A stretch of 64,000 nucleotides of DNA, from contig CAZXJJ010000003.1 in assembly GCA_964640995.1 (NCBI GenBank), positions 75,272 to 139,271 of the forward strand. Direction: 5' to 3'. Position numbers and translations under genes: made by a program. The stretch is from an uncultured Caldisericota bacterium (GTDB lineage: Bacteria; Caldisericota; Caldisericia; B22-G15). The notes beneath the pieces were generated by a model. The model was given only the letters and a program-made list of their open reading frames with translations. It did no database searches and had not been told where the DNA came from. This document shows, in pieces, positions 50,311 to 59,348 of this stretch (position 1 is the stretch's first letter; each line of letters starts with the position of its first letter).

Positions 50311-51396
50311 ATGAATAAAAAAAGAAAAGCATTAAAAATTAATTTTAAGAAATTTTTAATTCCAATAGCACTTGTTTTAGTTATAGGAATATTTACCTTT
50401 GACATCTATTCAAAAAGAGATATTGCAGCGATTGTCTGTGGTGAAAAAATTTATAAAGCAGAGGTTGAAGCAGCAGTAAACAGAAAAATCAAAGAGTATC
50501 AAAAAGACAATATAACTCTTTCAGATATTGAGATTGCAGCAATAAGAAAACAGATTTTAAATGACCTTATTGAAAATATTCTTCTTGATACATACGCAAA
50601 AGATCACAATATAAAAGTCACAGAAGATGAGGTTAAAAATGAAATACAAAGAATGAGAGAGTATACAGGTCTTTCAGAGGATGAGGTTTATAAACAAGCA
50701 CTTAGCAAATATCAACTTCTTGAATCAGATATAAATGAAATGGTAAGAAGTGCTCTTCTTGCAGATAAAGTTTATTATGAAGTTATTAAAAATTTAGATA
50801 TAAGTGATGAAGAATTGTGGGAATATTTTATTAAAAGAGTAAGTTTTTATAATGGTTCAAGAAGGGTTTCTCATATTTTTATTGCTGTTAATACACAAAA
50901 AGATACAATTGATGATATAAATTCAAAGTTTGAGAAAATGAAAAAAATAAAAGAAGAAATTTTGAAGGGTAAAAAATTTGAAGATCTTGTTAAAGAGTAT
51001 TCTGAAGATTTATCAACAAAAGAAAAAGGTGGAGATCTTTTCTGGTTTAGAAAAGGAACAATTTCTGACTCAGAAATATCAAAGGCAGTTTTCTCACTAG
51101 ATAAAGGAGAGATTTCAGAGGTTGTAAAAAGTCAATATGGATTTCATATTTTTAAAATTACAGATTCTGTTCCAGAGAATCTCTCATCTTTAAAAGAAGA
51201 GGAGATTAAAAAATATTTTGAAAAGATAAAAGAACTAATAAAGATTGATGCTCTATATCAGAAAAGTGAAGAAAAGATAAAGGAATTTAATAAATCTTTG
51301 TGGGAAATTTATAAGTCAAGAATTAAAATTGGAAATACATGGGATAAAATAATAAGTATAATGAATAATTTTTTAAAAAAACTTGAGGGAAGTTAA
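50311..51396 (+). CDS. PrsA-like peptidyl-prolyl isomerase (one parvulin domain)
   Basis: TM anchor; VSHIFI..KEYSED..GGDL..SQYGFHIFK. Confidence 0.9.
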   Translation: MNKKRKALKINFKKFLIPIALVLVIGIFTFDIYSKRDIAAIVCGEKIYKAEVEAAVNRKIKEYQKDNITLSDIEIAAIRKQILNDLIENILLDTYAKDHNIKVTEDEVKNEIQRMREYTGLSEDEVYKQALSKYQLLESDINEMVRSALLADKVYYEVIKNLDISDEELWEYFIKRVSFYNGSRRVSHIFIAVNTQKDTIDDINSKFEKMKKIKEEILKGKKFEDLVKEYSEDLSTKEKGGDLFWFRKGTISDSEISKAVFSLDKGEISEVVKSQYGFHIFKITDSVPENLSSLKEEEIKKYFEKIKELIKIDALYQKSEEKIKEFNKSLWEIYKSRIKIGNTWDKIISIMNNFLKKLEGS

Positions 51397-51397
51397 A

Positions 51398-52273
51398 ATG
51401 AAAAAAAGTATCATAATTTTAATTATTGTTATTGCATTAATTTTAATTGGTGGGTTCATATTTTTTACAGGAACTCACATTGAGGGAATTGTTTATGATG
51501 CGCAAACAAATAAAAGGATTTCTGATGCATTAGTTACAATTAATGGTATTAAATTTAAGACAGATATCGATGGAAGATTCAGAGCATATTCACCACCATT
51601 AAATAAGGTTATAACAGTTGATAAAAGTGGATATAAAACTTTTTCTGAGGTTTTTCCAGCAAAATTTGGAATTCAAATTATAGAAATTGGTATAAAACCA
51701 TACACTTTTGATGAAATATTCTCAGATTTTAAAAATAAATTAGGTACTATTAAAAGTTATCACTATATATACGAAATTCAAAGTGAAATCGATGGAAAAA
51801 CTGAAAAGATGAATATGGAACTTTATCAAACAGTCGATGCTTCACACTTTATTTCAAAAAAGGAGAATGAATCTTTTTTAGAAATATACATATTTAATGA
51901 TTTTATTTATTATAGAGATAATGAAACAAAACAGTTTGAAAAAATTGAAAAAAATAAATTTCAAGAGAATATTCCAGTTTTAACACTTAAAGATATTTTT
52001 GAACTATTTTCAATAAAATCCACACCATCATCCTTTTCATTTTTAAAAGAAACAAAAATTGACAATGAAGATGCACTTATTTTTAACGCAAAATGGGAAG
52101 ACCTTTTTTCAAATTCAGAAGGAAAAATATATTTAAGAAAAAAAGATAATATTGTAATTAAAATGGAATTTATTGATACAGGAGTAAATGAAGAGGGGAA
52201 AAATGTAAAAACAACAATTAATTTTGATCTTAAAGATATTAACAAAGAAATAAAAATTAATCCACCCCAATAA
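51398..52273 (+). CDS. Exported protein: carboxypeptidase-regulatory-like beta domain plus LolA/LppX-like domain
   Basis: Signal/TM; EGIVYDAQTNKRISDALVTI..TDIDGRF..KSGYK; C-half with sequential beta strands ending INKEIKINPP. Start moved to 51398. Confidence 0.6.
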   Translation: MKKSIIILIIVIALILIGGFIFFTGTHIEGIVYDAQTNKRISDALVTINGIKFKTDIDGRFRAYSPPLNKVITVDKSGYKTFSEVFPAKFGIQIIEIGIKPYTFDEIFSDFKNKLGTIKSYHYIYEIQSEIDGKTEKMNMELYQTVDASHFISKKENESFLEIYIFNDFIYYRDNETKQFEKIEKNKFQENIPVLTLKDIFELFSIKSTPSSFSFLKETKIDNEDALIFNAKWEDLFSNSEGKIYLRKKDNIVIKMEFIDTGVNEEGKNVKTTINFDLKDINKEIKINPPQ

Positions 52274-52307
52274 AAAAATTTATAATATCTCTTTTTAATA
52301 ATACCTC

Positions 52308-52335
52308 TTGACAATTTTTAATTATTTATTATAAT
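52308..52335 (+). promoter_or_regulatory. Consensus sigma70 promoter of hsp20
   Basis: TTGACA 52308-52313, 16-nt spacer, TATAAT 52330-52335. Confidence 0.85.
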
Positions 52336-52374
52336 AATAATAGATAAAAAATCTTTTAAAAGGAGGTGATGCTT

Positions 52375-52818
52375 ATGGCAATTAGAAGATGGGAACCATG
52401 GGAAATTGATATTTTCTCTGATTTTGAAAAATTAAGAAGAGAAATTGATAGAATGTTTGAAGAATTTATTCCAGCAAGAAGAGAAATTACCTTCAGACCC
52501 AGTATTGATCTTATTGAAACAGATAATGAAGTAGTTCTCAAAGCAGAACTTCCTGGACTCAAGAAAGACAACATTGAAATTACTGTCACAGAAGATGAAG
52601 TTCATCTAATAGGTGAAAAGAAAGAAGAAATGGAGGCCAAAAAAGAAAATTACTTAAGAAAAGAAATCTGCTATGGAAAATTTGAAAGAGTCATCTCTCT
52701 TCCAGCAGAAGTTGATCCAGAAAAAGTTGAAGCAGAATTTAAAGATGGAATTCTAGAAATAAAAATGCCAAAGAAAGAAGAGGCAAAAAGAAAGGTTAAG
52801 AAAATTGAATTGAAATAA
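52375..52818 (+). CDS. Small heat-shock protein (Hsp20/alpha-crystallin)
   Basis: PSIDLIET..LKAELPGL..YGKFERVISLP..AEFKDGILEIKMPK; ATG at 52375 follows SD GGAGGTG. Confidence 0.96.
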   Translation: MAIRRWEPWEIDIFSDFEKLRREIDRMFEEFIPARREITFRPSIDLIETDNEVVLKAELPGLKKDNIEITVTEDEVHLIGEKKEEMEAKKENYLRKEICYGKFERVISLPAEVDPEKVEAEFKDGILEIKMPKKEEAKRKVKKIELK

Positions 52819-52830
52819 TATAAAAAACAT

Positions 52831-52877
52831 TAGGGAACTCTTGAGGAAACTTTATCCTTAGGGGTTCCCTATTTTTT
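52831..52877 (+). terminator. Intrinsic terminator of hsp20
   Basis: 17-bp stem (52831-52847 / 52855-52871, three G.U pairs), 7-nt loop, T6 at 52872-52877. Confidence 0.85.
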
Positions 52878-53114
52878 ATTATATATATATTCCACAACAC
52901 TATTCAAATCTATAAGTTTTTCTAACTCTTCATCCTTAACCTCAATATTAAACTCTTTTTCAACTCTCTCAACAAGATCAAGAATACTTAATGAATCCAT
53001 TTCAAGGTCTTCAATAAATTTAGGATTTTCTTTCCCTAAAACTTTAGATTTTTTAATATGAACTCCATTAATCAGAATGTCCAAAATTTTTTCTTTAATC
53101 TTTTCTCTATCCAT
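52869..53114 (-). CDS. acpP: Acyl carrier protein
   Basis: FIEDLEMDSLSILDLV..EKEFNIEV; DSL phosphopantetheine site; acidic, 81 aa; SD AAGGAGG. Confidence 0.88.
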   Translation of the reverse strand: MDREKIKEKILDILINGVHIKKSKVLGKENPKFIEDLEMDSLSILDLVERVEKEFNIEVKDEELEKLIDLNSVVEYIYNKK

Positions 53115-53160
53115 AATTTCCTCCTTTACACTAATTTTACATTATAATATAATTCAGATA

Positions 53161-56100
53161 ATGGGAATAGAAAAAAACTTTGATGATAATTTATACGAGA
53201 GTTTTGAAAAATTTAAAAGTTTTTTTTATAATCACCCTGAAGCTCTTATTTTTATAGATAAAGATGGCTTTATTGTTGAAATTAACCCAAAATTTACTGA
53301 AATTTTTGGATTTACATTAGAAGAAATAAAAGGGAAAAATTTAAATGATATTTTCTTTATACCAGAGGAGTTGTCTGAAGAAGGTAAAAAGCTTGATGAA
53401 ATTGCCCTTAAAACTGGATACATAAATTTCGAAACAAAGAGAAAAAGAAAAGATGGCACAATTATTCCTGTGTCAATTTCAGGTTCATCAGTTACTATTA
53501 ATGGTAAAGTCAAAGGAATTATTGGACTTTATATAGATTTAAGTGAAAAGAAGAAAAAAGAAGAAGAATTAAAATTTTTATCAACACATGATAATCTTAC
53601 TGGTTTATATAATAAACAATTCTTTAGTGAAAGATTCATAGCTGAAAAGGAGAGAGCAAAGAGATATGGTGAAAAATTTGCAATTCTTTTTTTAGATTTA
53701 TATGATTTTAAATATATAAATGATATATATGGACATAGTTTTGGAGATATAGTTTTAAAAGAAATTGCTAAAAAATTAGAACAAAACATGAGAAAATATG
53801 ATCTAATTGCAAGGGCTGGTGGTGATGAGTTTTTAATTTTAATTACCAATATAAAAAAATCAGAATGTTTAGTCAAAATAACAAAGAGATTAATAGATAA
53901 TATATTTGGAAATCTTATCATAAATGATATTATGATTGATACTGGAGTAAATATTGGAATATCAATATATCCTGATGATGGTGAAGAATTAGATGAGTTG
54001 ATTAGAAAAGCAGATATGGCAATGTATCATGCCAAGTCTATTGGTAAGAATATTTTTTCCTTTTATTCAAAAGAGTTAAATATTGAATCTAAAATCTCAG
54101 AACCAAGAAAGATAGAGAGAAAATTTGAATCAATATTTAACAATATTCCAATAGCAATTATTATATTTGATAGAGATAAATTTATTAATTTTGTTAATGA
54201 TAAGGTAGTTGATGTTTTAAATTTAAAAAAAGATGAAATGATAGGAAAAAACATAAAAGAATTAATTAACTCAGATTTAGATTTAAAAATAGATGAATTT
54301 ATTGAAAATAACTTAGATCAATATTCATTAATAAAAGAATATAAAACAAAGGAAGAAACAAAATTTTTAAATTTATCTTTTTTTAAAATTTTCGATAAAG
54401 ATTACAATACATATTATTATCTTCTATCATTAGTTGATATAACAAAGGAAAAGCTTTTAAATTATGAACTTGAAAAAGAGAGAGAATTTTTATCAAACTT
54501 ACTTGAAAACATAGAAGCAATTATAACAATTGAGGATCTAGATGGTAATGTTCTTTATATAAATAAAAAGGGAAAAGAAATATTAGGTTATGAAATAAAA
54601 GATATAATAGGTAAAAATTGGGTTGAATCATTCACTCCAGAAAACTACAAAGATGAATTAAAAAGATTTTATGAAAATTTGAAAAAAGGAGAAATAGAAG
54701 ATTTAAAAGTTCATATAAATCCAATTAAAACAAAAAATGGAACAGAAAAAGTTGTTTTATGGAAGAATAGTTTTATAAATTATGGAAAAAATCAAAAAGC
54801 CCTTCTTTCATTAGGAATAAATATAACAAAAGAGTTAGAATTACAAAAAGAATTAAGAAAAAAGGAAGAAATATTAGAAAAGATTTTAGATTCTTCAACT
54901 GAGATAATTTTTGTTAACGATATAGAAGGAAAATTTTTATATGCAAATAAAACCTTTTTAGATATATTTAATCTATCTAAAGATAAAGTTATTGGTAAAA
55001 AATATATTGAAACATTTCCTCAATTTGAAGATTTGATTATGAAATTGCATAAAAAAATATTAATTGAGAAAAATCAATTTTCAACTGAAGAATCGATTAC
55101 AATTGATGGTAAAAAATATATTTTTGATGTTACCATCTCTCCGGTTTTAGACGAAAAAGGAAATATAATTCAAATTATTGTTTTTGCAAAAGATATATCT
55201 GATTTGAGAACAAAGGAAAATGAACTTGAAAATCTTATAGATGCATTAAGATATGAATTATATTTCCAGGAGAAATTGAGGGTAATATTTTTAATTTTCC
55301 ATTCTCAAGAAAACTTGGATAAACTCCTTGAAGTTATTCTTGATGAGATAGAAAAAATTATTCCATCATCATCATCAAATATTGCATTTTTAGAAAAAAA
55401 TTATCTTGTTAATGTAGCAATTAGAGGTTATGAAAAATATGGAATTGAAGATTATGTTAAAAATATGAAATTAAATATTGATGAATTTCCGGTTGAAAAG
55501 TTTGTACTTGATACGAAAAAACCTTATATAATATATAATACTATTGAAGAAAAAAATTGGATAATTTTTGAAAAAACAAAATATATAAAATCCCGTATAA
55601 TAGTTCCAATAACTGTAAAGGATAAAATAATTGGTGTTATTAGATTGGATTCGGATAAAGAAAACTACTTTTCAAACAAAGACGCTGATAGATTAACAAT
55701 TATCGCTGGTTCTCTTGGATTGGCTATCGAAAACATTAAAAATTTAGAGAAAATAAGAAGTTTTTCAGAACAAATATTGAATTTGGTATCAAAAATTATA
55801 GAATTAAAAGACCCATATACAGCAGGACATCAGAAAAATGTAAGTGACTATGCTATTAAAATTGCTAAACAAATGAATCTTTCTGAAGAAAAAATTGAAG
55901 TTATAAAAGTTGCTTCTCTATTACATGATATAGGTAAAATGATTCTTCCTTTTGAAATTTTAACTAAACCATTTAAACTAACCCCAAGAGAATATGAACT
56001 TATTAAAGAGCATCCCAAATATGGTTATGAGTTATTAAAAGATATTAACATTCCAGATATAATTAAAGAGGTAATATTACAACACCATGAAAGATTAAAT

Positions 56101-56325
56101 GGAACTGGTTATCCTAAAGGTCTTAAGGGTGACGAAATTTTATTAGAAACAAAAATAATTGCAGTTGCAGATGTTTTTGATGCAATGAATTCACATAGAC
56201 CATACAGACCAAAATATCATATTAAAGAAATATTGAATGAGTTAATTTCAAATAAAGGAACTTTATATGACCCACAAGTTGTAGATGTTCTTCTTGAACT
56301 TTACAAAGAGAATAAATTAATTTAA
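53161..56325 (+). CDS. PAS-GGDEF-PAS(x3)-GAF-HD-GYP multi-sensor c-di-GMP enzyme
   Basis: THDNLTGLYN, RKYD I-site plus AGGDEF, ADMAMY; several PAS/PAC repeats; GAF (IVPITVKDKIIGVI); HDIGK, HHERLNGTGYP, VADVFDAM, RPYR. Start moved to 53161. Confidence 0.93.
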   Translation: MGIEKNFDDNLYESFEKFKSFFYNHPEALIFIDKDGFIVEINPKFTEIFGFTLEEIKGKNLNDIFFIPEELSEEGKKLDEIALKTGYINFETKRKRKDGTIIPVSISGSSVTINGKVKGIIGLYIDLSEKKKKEEELKFLSTHDNLTGLYNKQFFSERFIAEKERAKRYGEKFAILFLDLYDFKYINDIYGHSFGDIVLKEIAKKLEQNMRKYDLIARAGGDEFLILITNIKKSECLVKITKRLIDNIFGNLIINDIMIDTGVNIGISIYPDDGEELDELIRKADMAMYHAKSIGKNIFSFYSKELNIESKISEPRKIERKFESIFNNIPIAIIIFDRDKFINFVNDKVVDVLNLKKDEMIGKNIKELINSDLDLKIDEFIENNLDQYSLIKEYKTKEETKFLNLSFFKIFDKDYNTYYYLLSLVDITKEKLLNYELEKEREFLSNLLENIEAIITIEDLDGNVLYINKKGKEILGYEIKDIIGKNWVESFTPENYKDELKRFYENLKKGEIEDLKVHINPIKTKNGTEKVVLWKNSFINYGKNQKALLSLGINITKELELQKELRKKEEILEKILDSSTEIIFVNDIEGKFLYANKTFLDIFNLSKDKVIGKKYIETFPQFEDLIMKLHKKILIEKNQFSTEESITIDGKKYIFDVTISPVLDEKGNIIQIIVFAKDISDLRTKENELENLIDALRYELYFQEKLRVIFLIFHSQENLDKLLEVILDEIEKIIPSSSSNIAFLEKNYLVNVAIRGYEKYGIEDYVKNMKLNIDEFPVEKFVLDTKKPYIIYNTIEEKNWIIFEKTKYIKSRIIVPITVKDKIIGVIRLDSDKENYFSNKDADRLTIIAGSLGLAIENIKNLEKIRSFSEQILNLVSKIIELKDPYTAGHQKNVSDYAIKIAKQMNLSEEKIEVIKVASLLHDIGKMILPFEILTKPFKLTPREYELIKEHPKYGYELLKDINIPDIIKEVILQHHERLNGTGYPKGLKGDEILLETKIIAVADVFDAMNSHRPYRPKYHIKEILNELISNKGTLYDPQVVDVLLELYKENKLI

Positions 56326-56364
56326 AATTGAATTAATTATAATCTTTAAGGAGGAATTTTTGTT

Positions 56365-56832
56365 ATGGAAACAAAAACATTAAAAGTTCAAGATAAATTT
56401 ATAGATTTTACTTTAAAAGATCAAAATGGTGAAAAATTAACTATCTCTTCTTTTACTGGAAAAAAGGTGCTTCTATCTTTTCATCCACTTGCCTGGACTT
56501 CCATTTGTGCAGAACAGATGAAAGATCTTGAGAAAAATTATGATGAATTTTTAAAATATAATACAATTCCATTAGGAATAAGTGTTGATCCAGTTCCAAC
56601 CAAAAAAGCATGGGCAGATCATTTAGGTCTTAAAAATCTAAAAATTCTTTCAGATTTTTGGCCACATGGTGATGTATCAAAATTATATGGAATTTTTAGA
56701 GAAAAAGAGGGATTTTCAGAGAGATCAAATATTTTAATCGATGAGAATGGAAAAATTATATTTATTAAAATATATGAGTTAAGTAAAGTACCTGATTTAA
56801 AAGAAATTTTTGATTTACTTGATTCTCTTTAA
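56365..56832 (+). CDS. AhpC/TSA family peroxiredoxin (one-Cys, AhpE-like)
   Basis: FHPLAWTSIC, LSDFWPHG, SERS..IDENG. Confidence 0.9.
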   Translation: METKTLKVQDKFIDFTLKDQNGEKLTISSFTGKKVLLSFHPLAWTSICAEQMKDLEKNYDEFLKYNTIPLGISVDPVPTKKAWADHLGLKNLKILSDFWPHGDVSKLYGIFREKEGFSERSNILIDENGKIIFIKIYELSKVPDLKEIFDLLDSL

Positions 56833-56835
56833 TAA

Positions 56836-59346
56836 ATGAAAAAATTAATTAAGAGGATTTTTCTTCTTTTACTAATATTCTCTCTTATTCCATTAATTTC
56901 TCTTGTTAAAGCAAAAACACCATATTATATTGTTCTTTTAAACCAAAAATTAGAAAAAGTACCTTTATCTCTTGAATTTATAAAAGAGGTGGAAAATGGT
57001 TTTTTGTATTTATATAATGGAACTCATAAAATAAATTATCCTTATAAAATAATTAGACAAATAAGAGAAGACTCTAATGGATATCATAAATTAAGTGATG
57101 TAATAGAAAAGCTCTCTTTTTATAATGAAAAATATAAAGAGATAACTGAATTAAAAATTATTGGCAAAACATTTGAGAATAGAGATATTTATGCATTAAA
57201 AATTTCAAAGAAAGACAAGGAAGACAAACCAACAATCTTAATTGTAGGGTGTCATCATGCAAGAGAATGGATGAGCATAGAGATTTCTATGAAAATTATA
57301 GAATACCTTCTTGAAAACTATGAAAAAAATGAAATTGTTAAAAGTTGGATAAAAAATTTTGAAATTTGGACAATTCCAATTTTAAATCCAGATGGTTTTG
57401 AATATTCAATTAAAAATGATAGAATGTGGAGAAAAAATAGAGTATTAAATTTCGATAATTCAAGAGGAGTTGATAACAATAGAAATTATGGATATATGTG
57501 GGGACTATCTGATGGATCGTCTGCGGTTCCTTCTTCTGAAACATATAGAGGAAAAGCACCTTTTTCAGAACTAGAAAATCAAGCAATAAGAGAATTTGTT
57601 TATGAAAATCCTCCATCAATAACACTTTCATATCACTCATTTTCAGAACTCATTTTGTACCCATGGGGATATACCTCTGAACCACCACAGGATAAAAAAC
57701 TTCTTGAAAAAATTGCAGTTGAAATGGCAAAAACAACTGGTCCACCTAATGATAGTGATTATCCGGGACCATATGATTACTATCCAATGCAATCAAGTTT
57801 TCTTTATCCGACAAGTGGAGACTTAACAGATTTTTTATATGGAGAAATTGGAACTTTTGCATATACAATTGAATTAAACTCAGTTCAAGAATTTTTTGAT
57901 CCACCACCAGAACTTATTGAACCAACTTGGGAACAGACAAAAGGAATATTTTTTGTAGCAATGAATTATGTTGATGAGTTAGGGCTTTTAAAATTAAATA
58001 TTATTGACAAAGATGGAAATCCTTATGAAGGAGAAATATCAATTTTAGAAAAAAATTTAAAGAAAAAAACTCAGAAAGAGGGAATTTTTAACTATTTATT
58101 ACAAGAAGGAGAATATACAATCTCTATAAAAGGAAAAAAATATAAAGTAAATATTAAAAATGGTGAGACAAATGAATATTTTATAGACTTAGGAGAAATT
58201 TACATTGATAAAAATTTAATTGATTTTGGTGAGATAGGGTATAAGGAAAAAATTGAATTTCAATTTGAAGTTGAAGGTGAGGGAAAAATTGATGTTGAAA
58301 AAGGAGTTTATTTAAATAAATATGAATTTTCTGGAAAAGAGAAAATGTTAGGGTTCATTGATACAAAAGATTTCGAATTAGACAAAGAGTATGTATTTCA
58401 TATAAAAATCATTGGAAAGGCAGATACAAAAGAAATAATAATAAAATTTAAATTTGTTTTAGATCGAACTCCTCCAGAAATAACTTTTAATATTGATAAT
58501 GAGTATATAACAAATAAGGACAATATAAAAATTTCTGGTTTTACTGAAAAAGAAGCAAAAGTTTTTTATTTTGATAAAGAAATTACTATAGATGAAAATG
58601 GAAAATTTGAATTAGAAATAAATCTATTGGAAGGAACAAATGAGTTAAAATTTTCTGCAAGAGATAAATTTGGAAATTCAAGAGATTATTATTTAAATGT
58701 AATTCATGATATAAAAACTCCAGAGGTTTACTTTCTAATTCAAGATGTTTTTAAAACAACCACAGATAAAATAATTTTAAAAGGAACTCTCAATGAAAAA
58801 TCTAAAATTTTTATAAACAATATTGATTTTGGAATTTTTGATAAAGGAGATTTTGAAATAAATTACCCACTTGAAAAAGAACTAAACATTTTAAATATCG
58901 AAATAGAGGATTTAGCAAAAAATAAGACCAAATCAATAAAAACAATTTATAAAGTAGAACAAAAGATAATTGAACTTTTTGTAGGAAATAAAAAATTTGT
59001 TATAAATAGAATTGAAAAAGAGATTGATATTTCTCCATTTATTTTGAATGGTAGAACTTATGTTCCAATTAGATTTATTGTTGAAGCATTTGGTGGAAAT
59101 ATAACTTATAATGAAAAAGATAAAAGCATACTATTTACTCTTCATGATAAATCAGTTTTAATGTTTGTTGATAAGAAAAACTATTTTATTAATTTTAAAG
59201 AGTTCTTTATGGATTCACCACCAATAATTGTAAAACCTGGAAGAGTTATGGTGCCAATAAGATTCATTGCCGAAGCAATTGATTCAAAGGTTTTATGGGA
59301 TGGAGTTATAAAGAAAATAACGATTATTTATCCAGATAGAGATTAA
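56836..59346 (+). CDS. Exported M14 zinc carboxypeptidase with Ig-like repeats and C-terminal copper-amine-oxidase-N domain
   Basis: HHAREW, MWRKNR, GVDNNRNY, SYHSF, YTIEL; DRTPPEI and D.FGN Ig-like repeats; NGRTYVPIRFIVEAFG and GRVMVPIRFIAEAI stalk repeats. Confidence 0.9.
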   Translation: MKKLIKRIFLLLLIFSLIPLISLVKAKTPYYIVLLNQKLEKVPLSLEFIKEVENGFLYLYNGTHKINYPYKIIRQIREDSNGYHKLSDVIEKLSFYNEKYKEITELKIIGKTFENRDIYALKISKKDKEDKPTILIVGCHHAREWMSIEISMKIIEYLLENYEKNEIVKSWIKNFEIWTIPILNPDGFEYSIKNDRMWRKNRVLNFDNSRGVDNNRNYGYMWGLSDGSSAVPSSETYRGKAPFSELENQAIREFVYENPPSITLSYHSFSELILYPWGYTSEPPQDKKLLEKIAVEMAKTTGPPNDSDYPGPYDYYPMQSSFLYPTSGDLTDFLYGEIGTFAYTIELNSVQEFFDPPPELIEPTWEQTKGIFFVAMNYVDELGLLKLNIIDKDGNPYEGEISILEKNLKKKTQKEGIFNYLLQEGEYTISIKGKKYKVNIKNGETNEYFIDLGEIYIDKNLIDFGEIGYKEKIEFQFEVEGEGKIDVEKGVYLNKYEFSGKEKMLGFIDTKDFELDKEYVFHIKIIGKADTKEIIIKFKFVLDRTPPEITFNIDNEYITNKDNIKISGFTEKEAKVFYFDKEITIDENGKFELEINLLEGTNELKFSARDKFGNSRDYYLNVIHDIKTPEVYFLIQDVFKTTTDKIILKGTLNEKSKIFINNIDFGIFDKGDFEINYPLEKELNILNIEIEDLAKNKTKSIKTIYKVEQKIIELFVGNKKFVINRIEKEIDISPFILNGRTYVPIRFIVEAFGGNITYNEKDKSILFTLHDKSVLMFVDKKNYFINFKEFFMDSPPIIVKPGRVMVPIRFIAEAIDSKVLWDGVIKKITIIYPDRD

Positions 59347-59348
59347 AT

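Noticed and set aside
49500-51009. Identical 18-mer AAAGAGTATTCTGAAGAT at 49500, 49839 and 50992
   Set aside because: It encodes the conserved parvulin KEYSED motif using the preferred AT-rich codons; the spacing is irregular, so it is not a CRISPR or regulatory repeat.
52274-52374. A CIRCE or CtsR box upstream of hsp20 (also checked upstream of clpC)
   Set aside because: No TTAGCACTC-N9-GAGTGCTAA or GGTCAAA direct repeat is visible; only groESL carries CIRCE.
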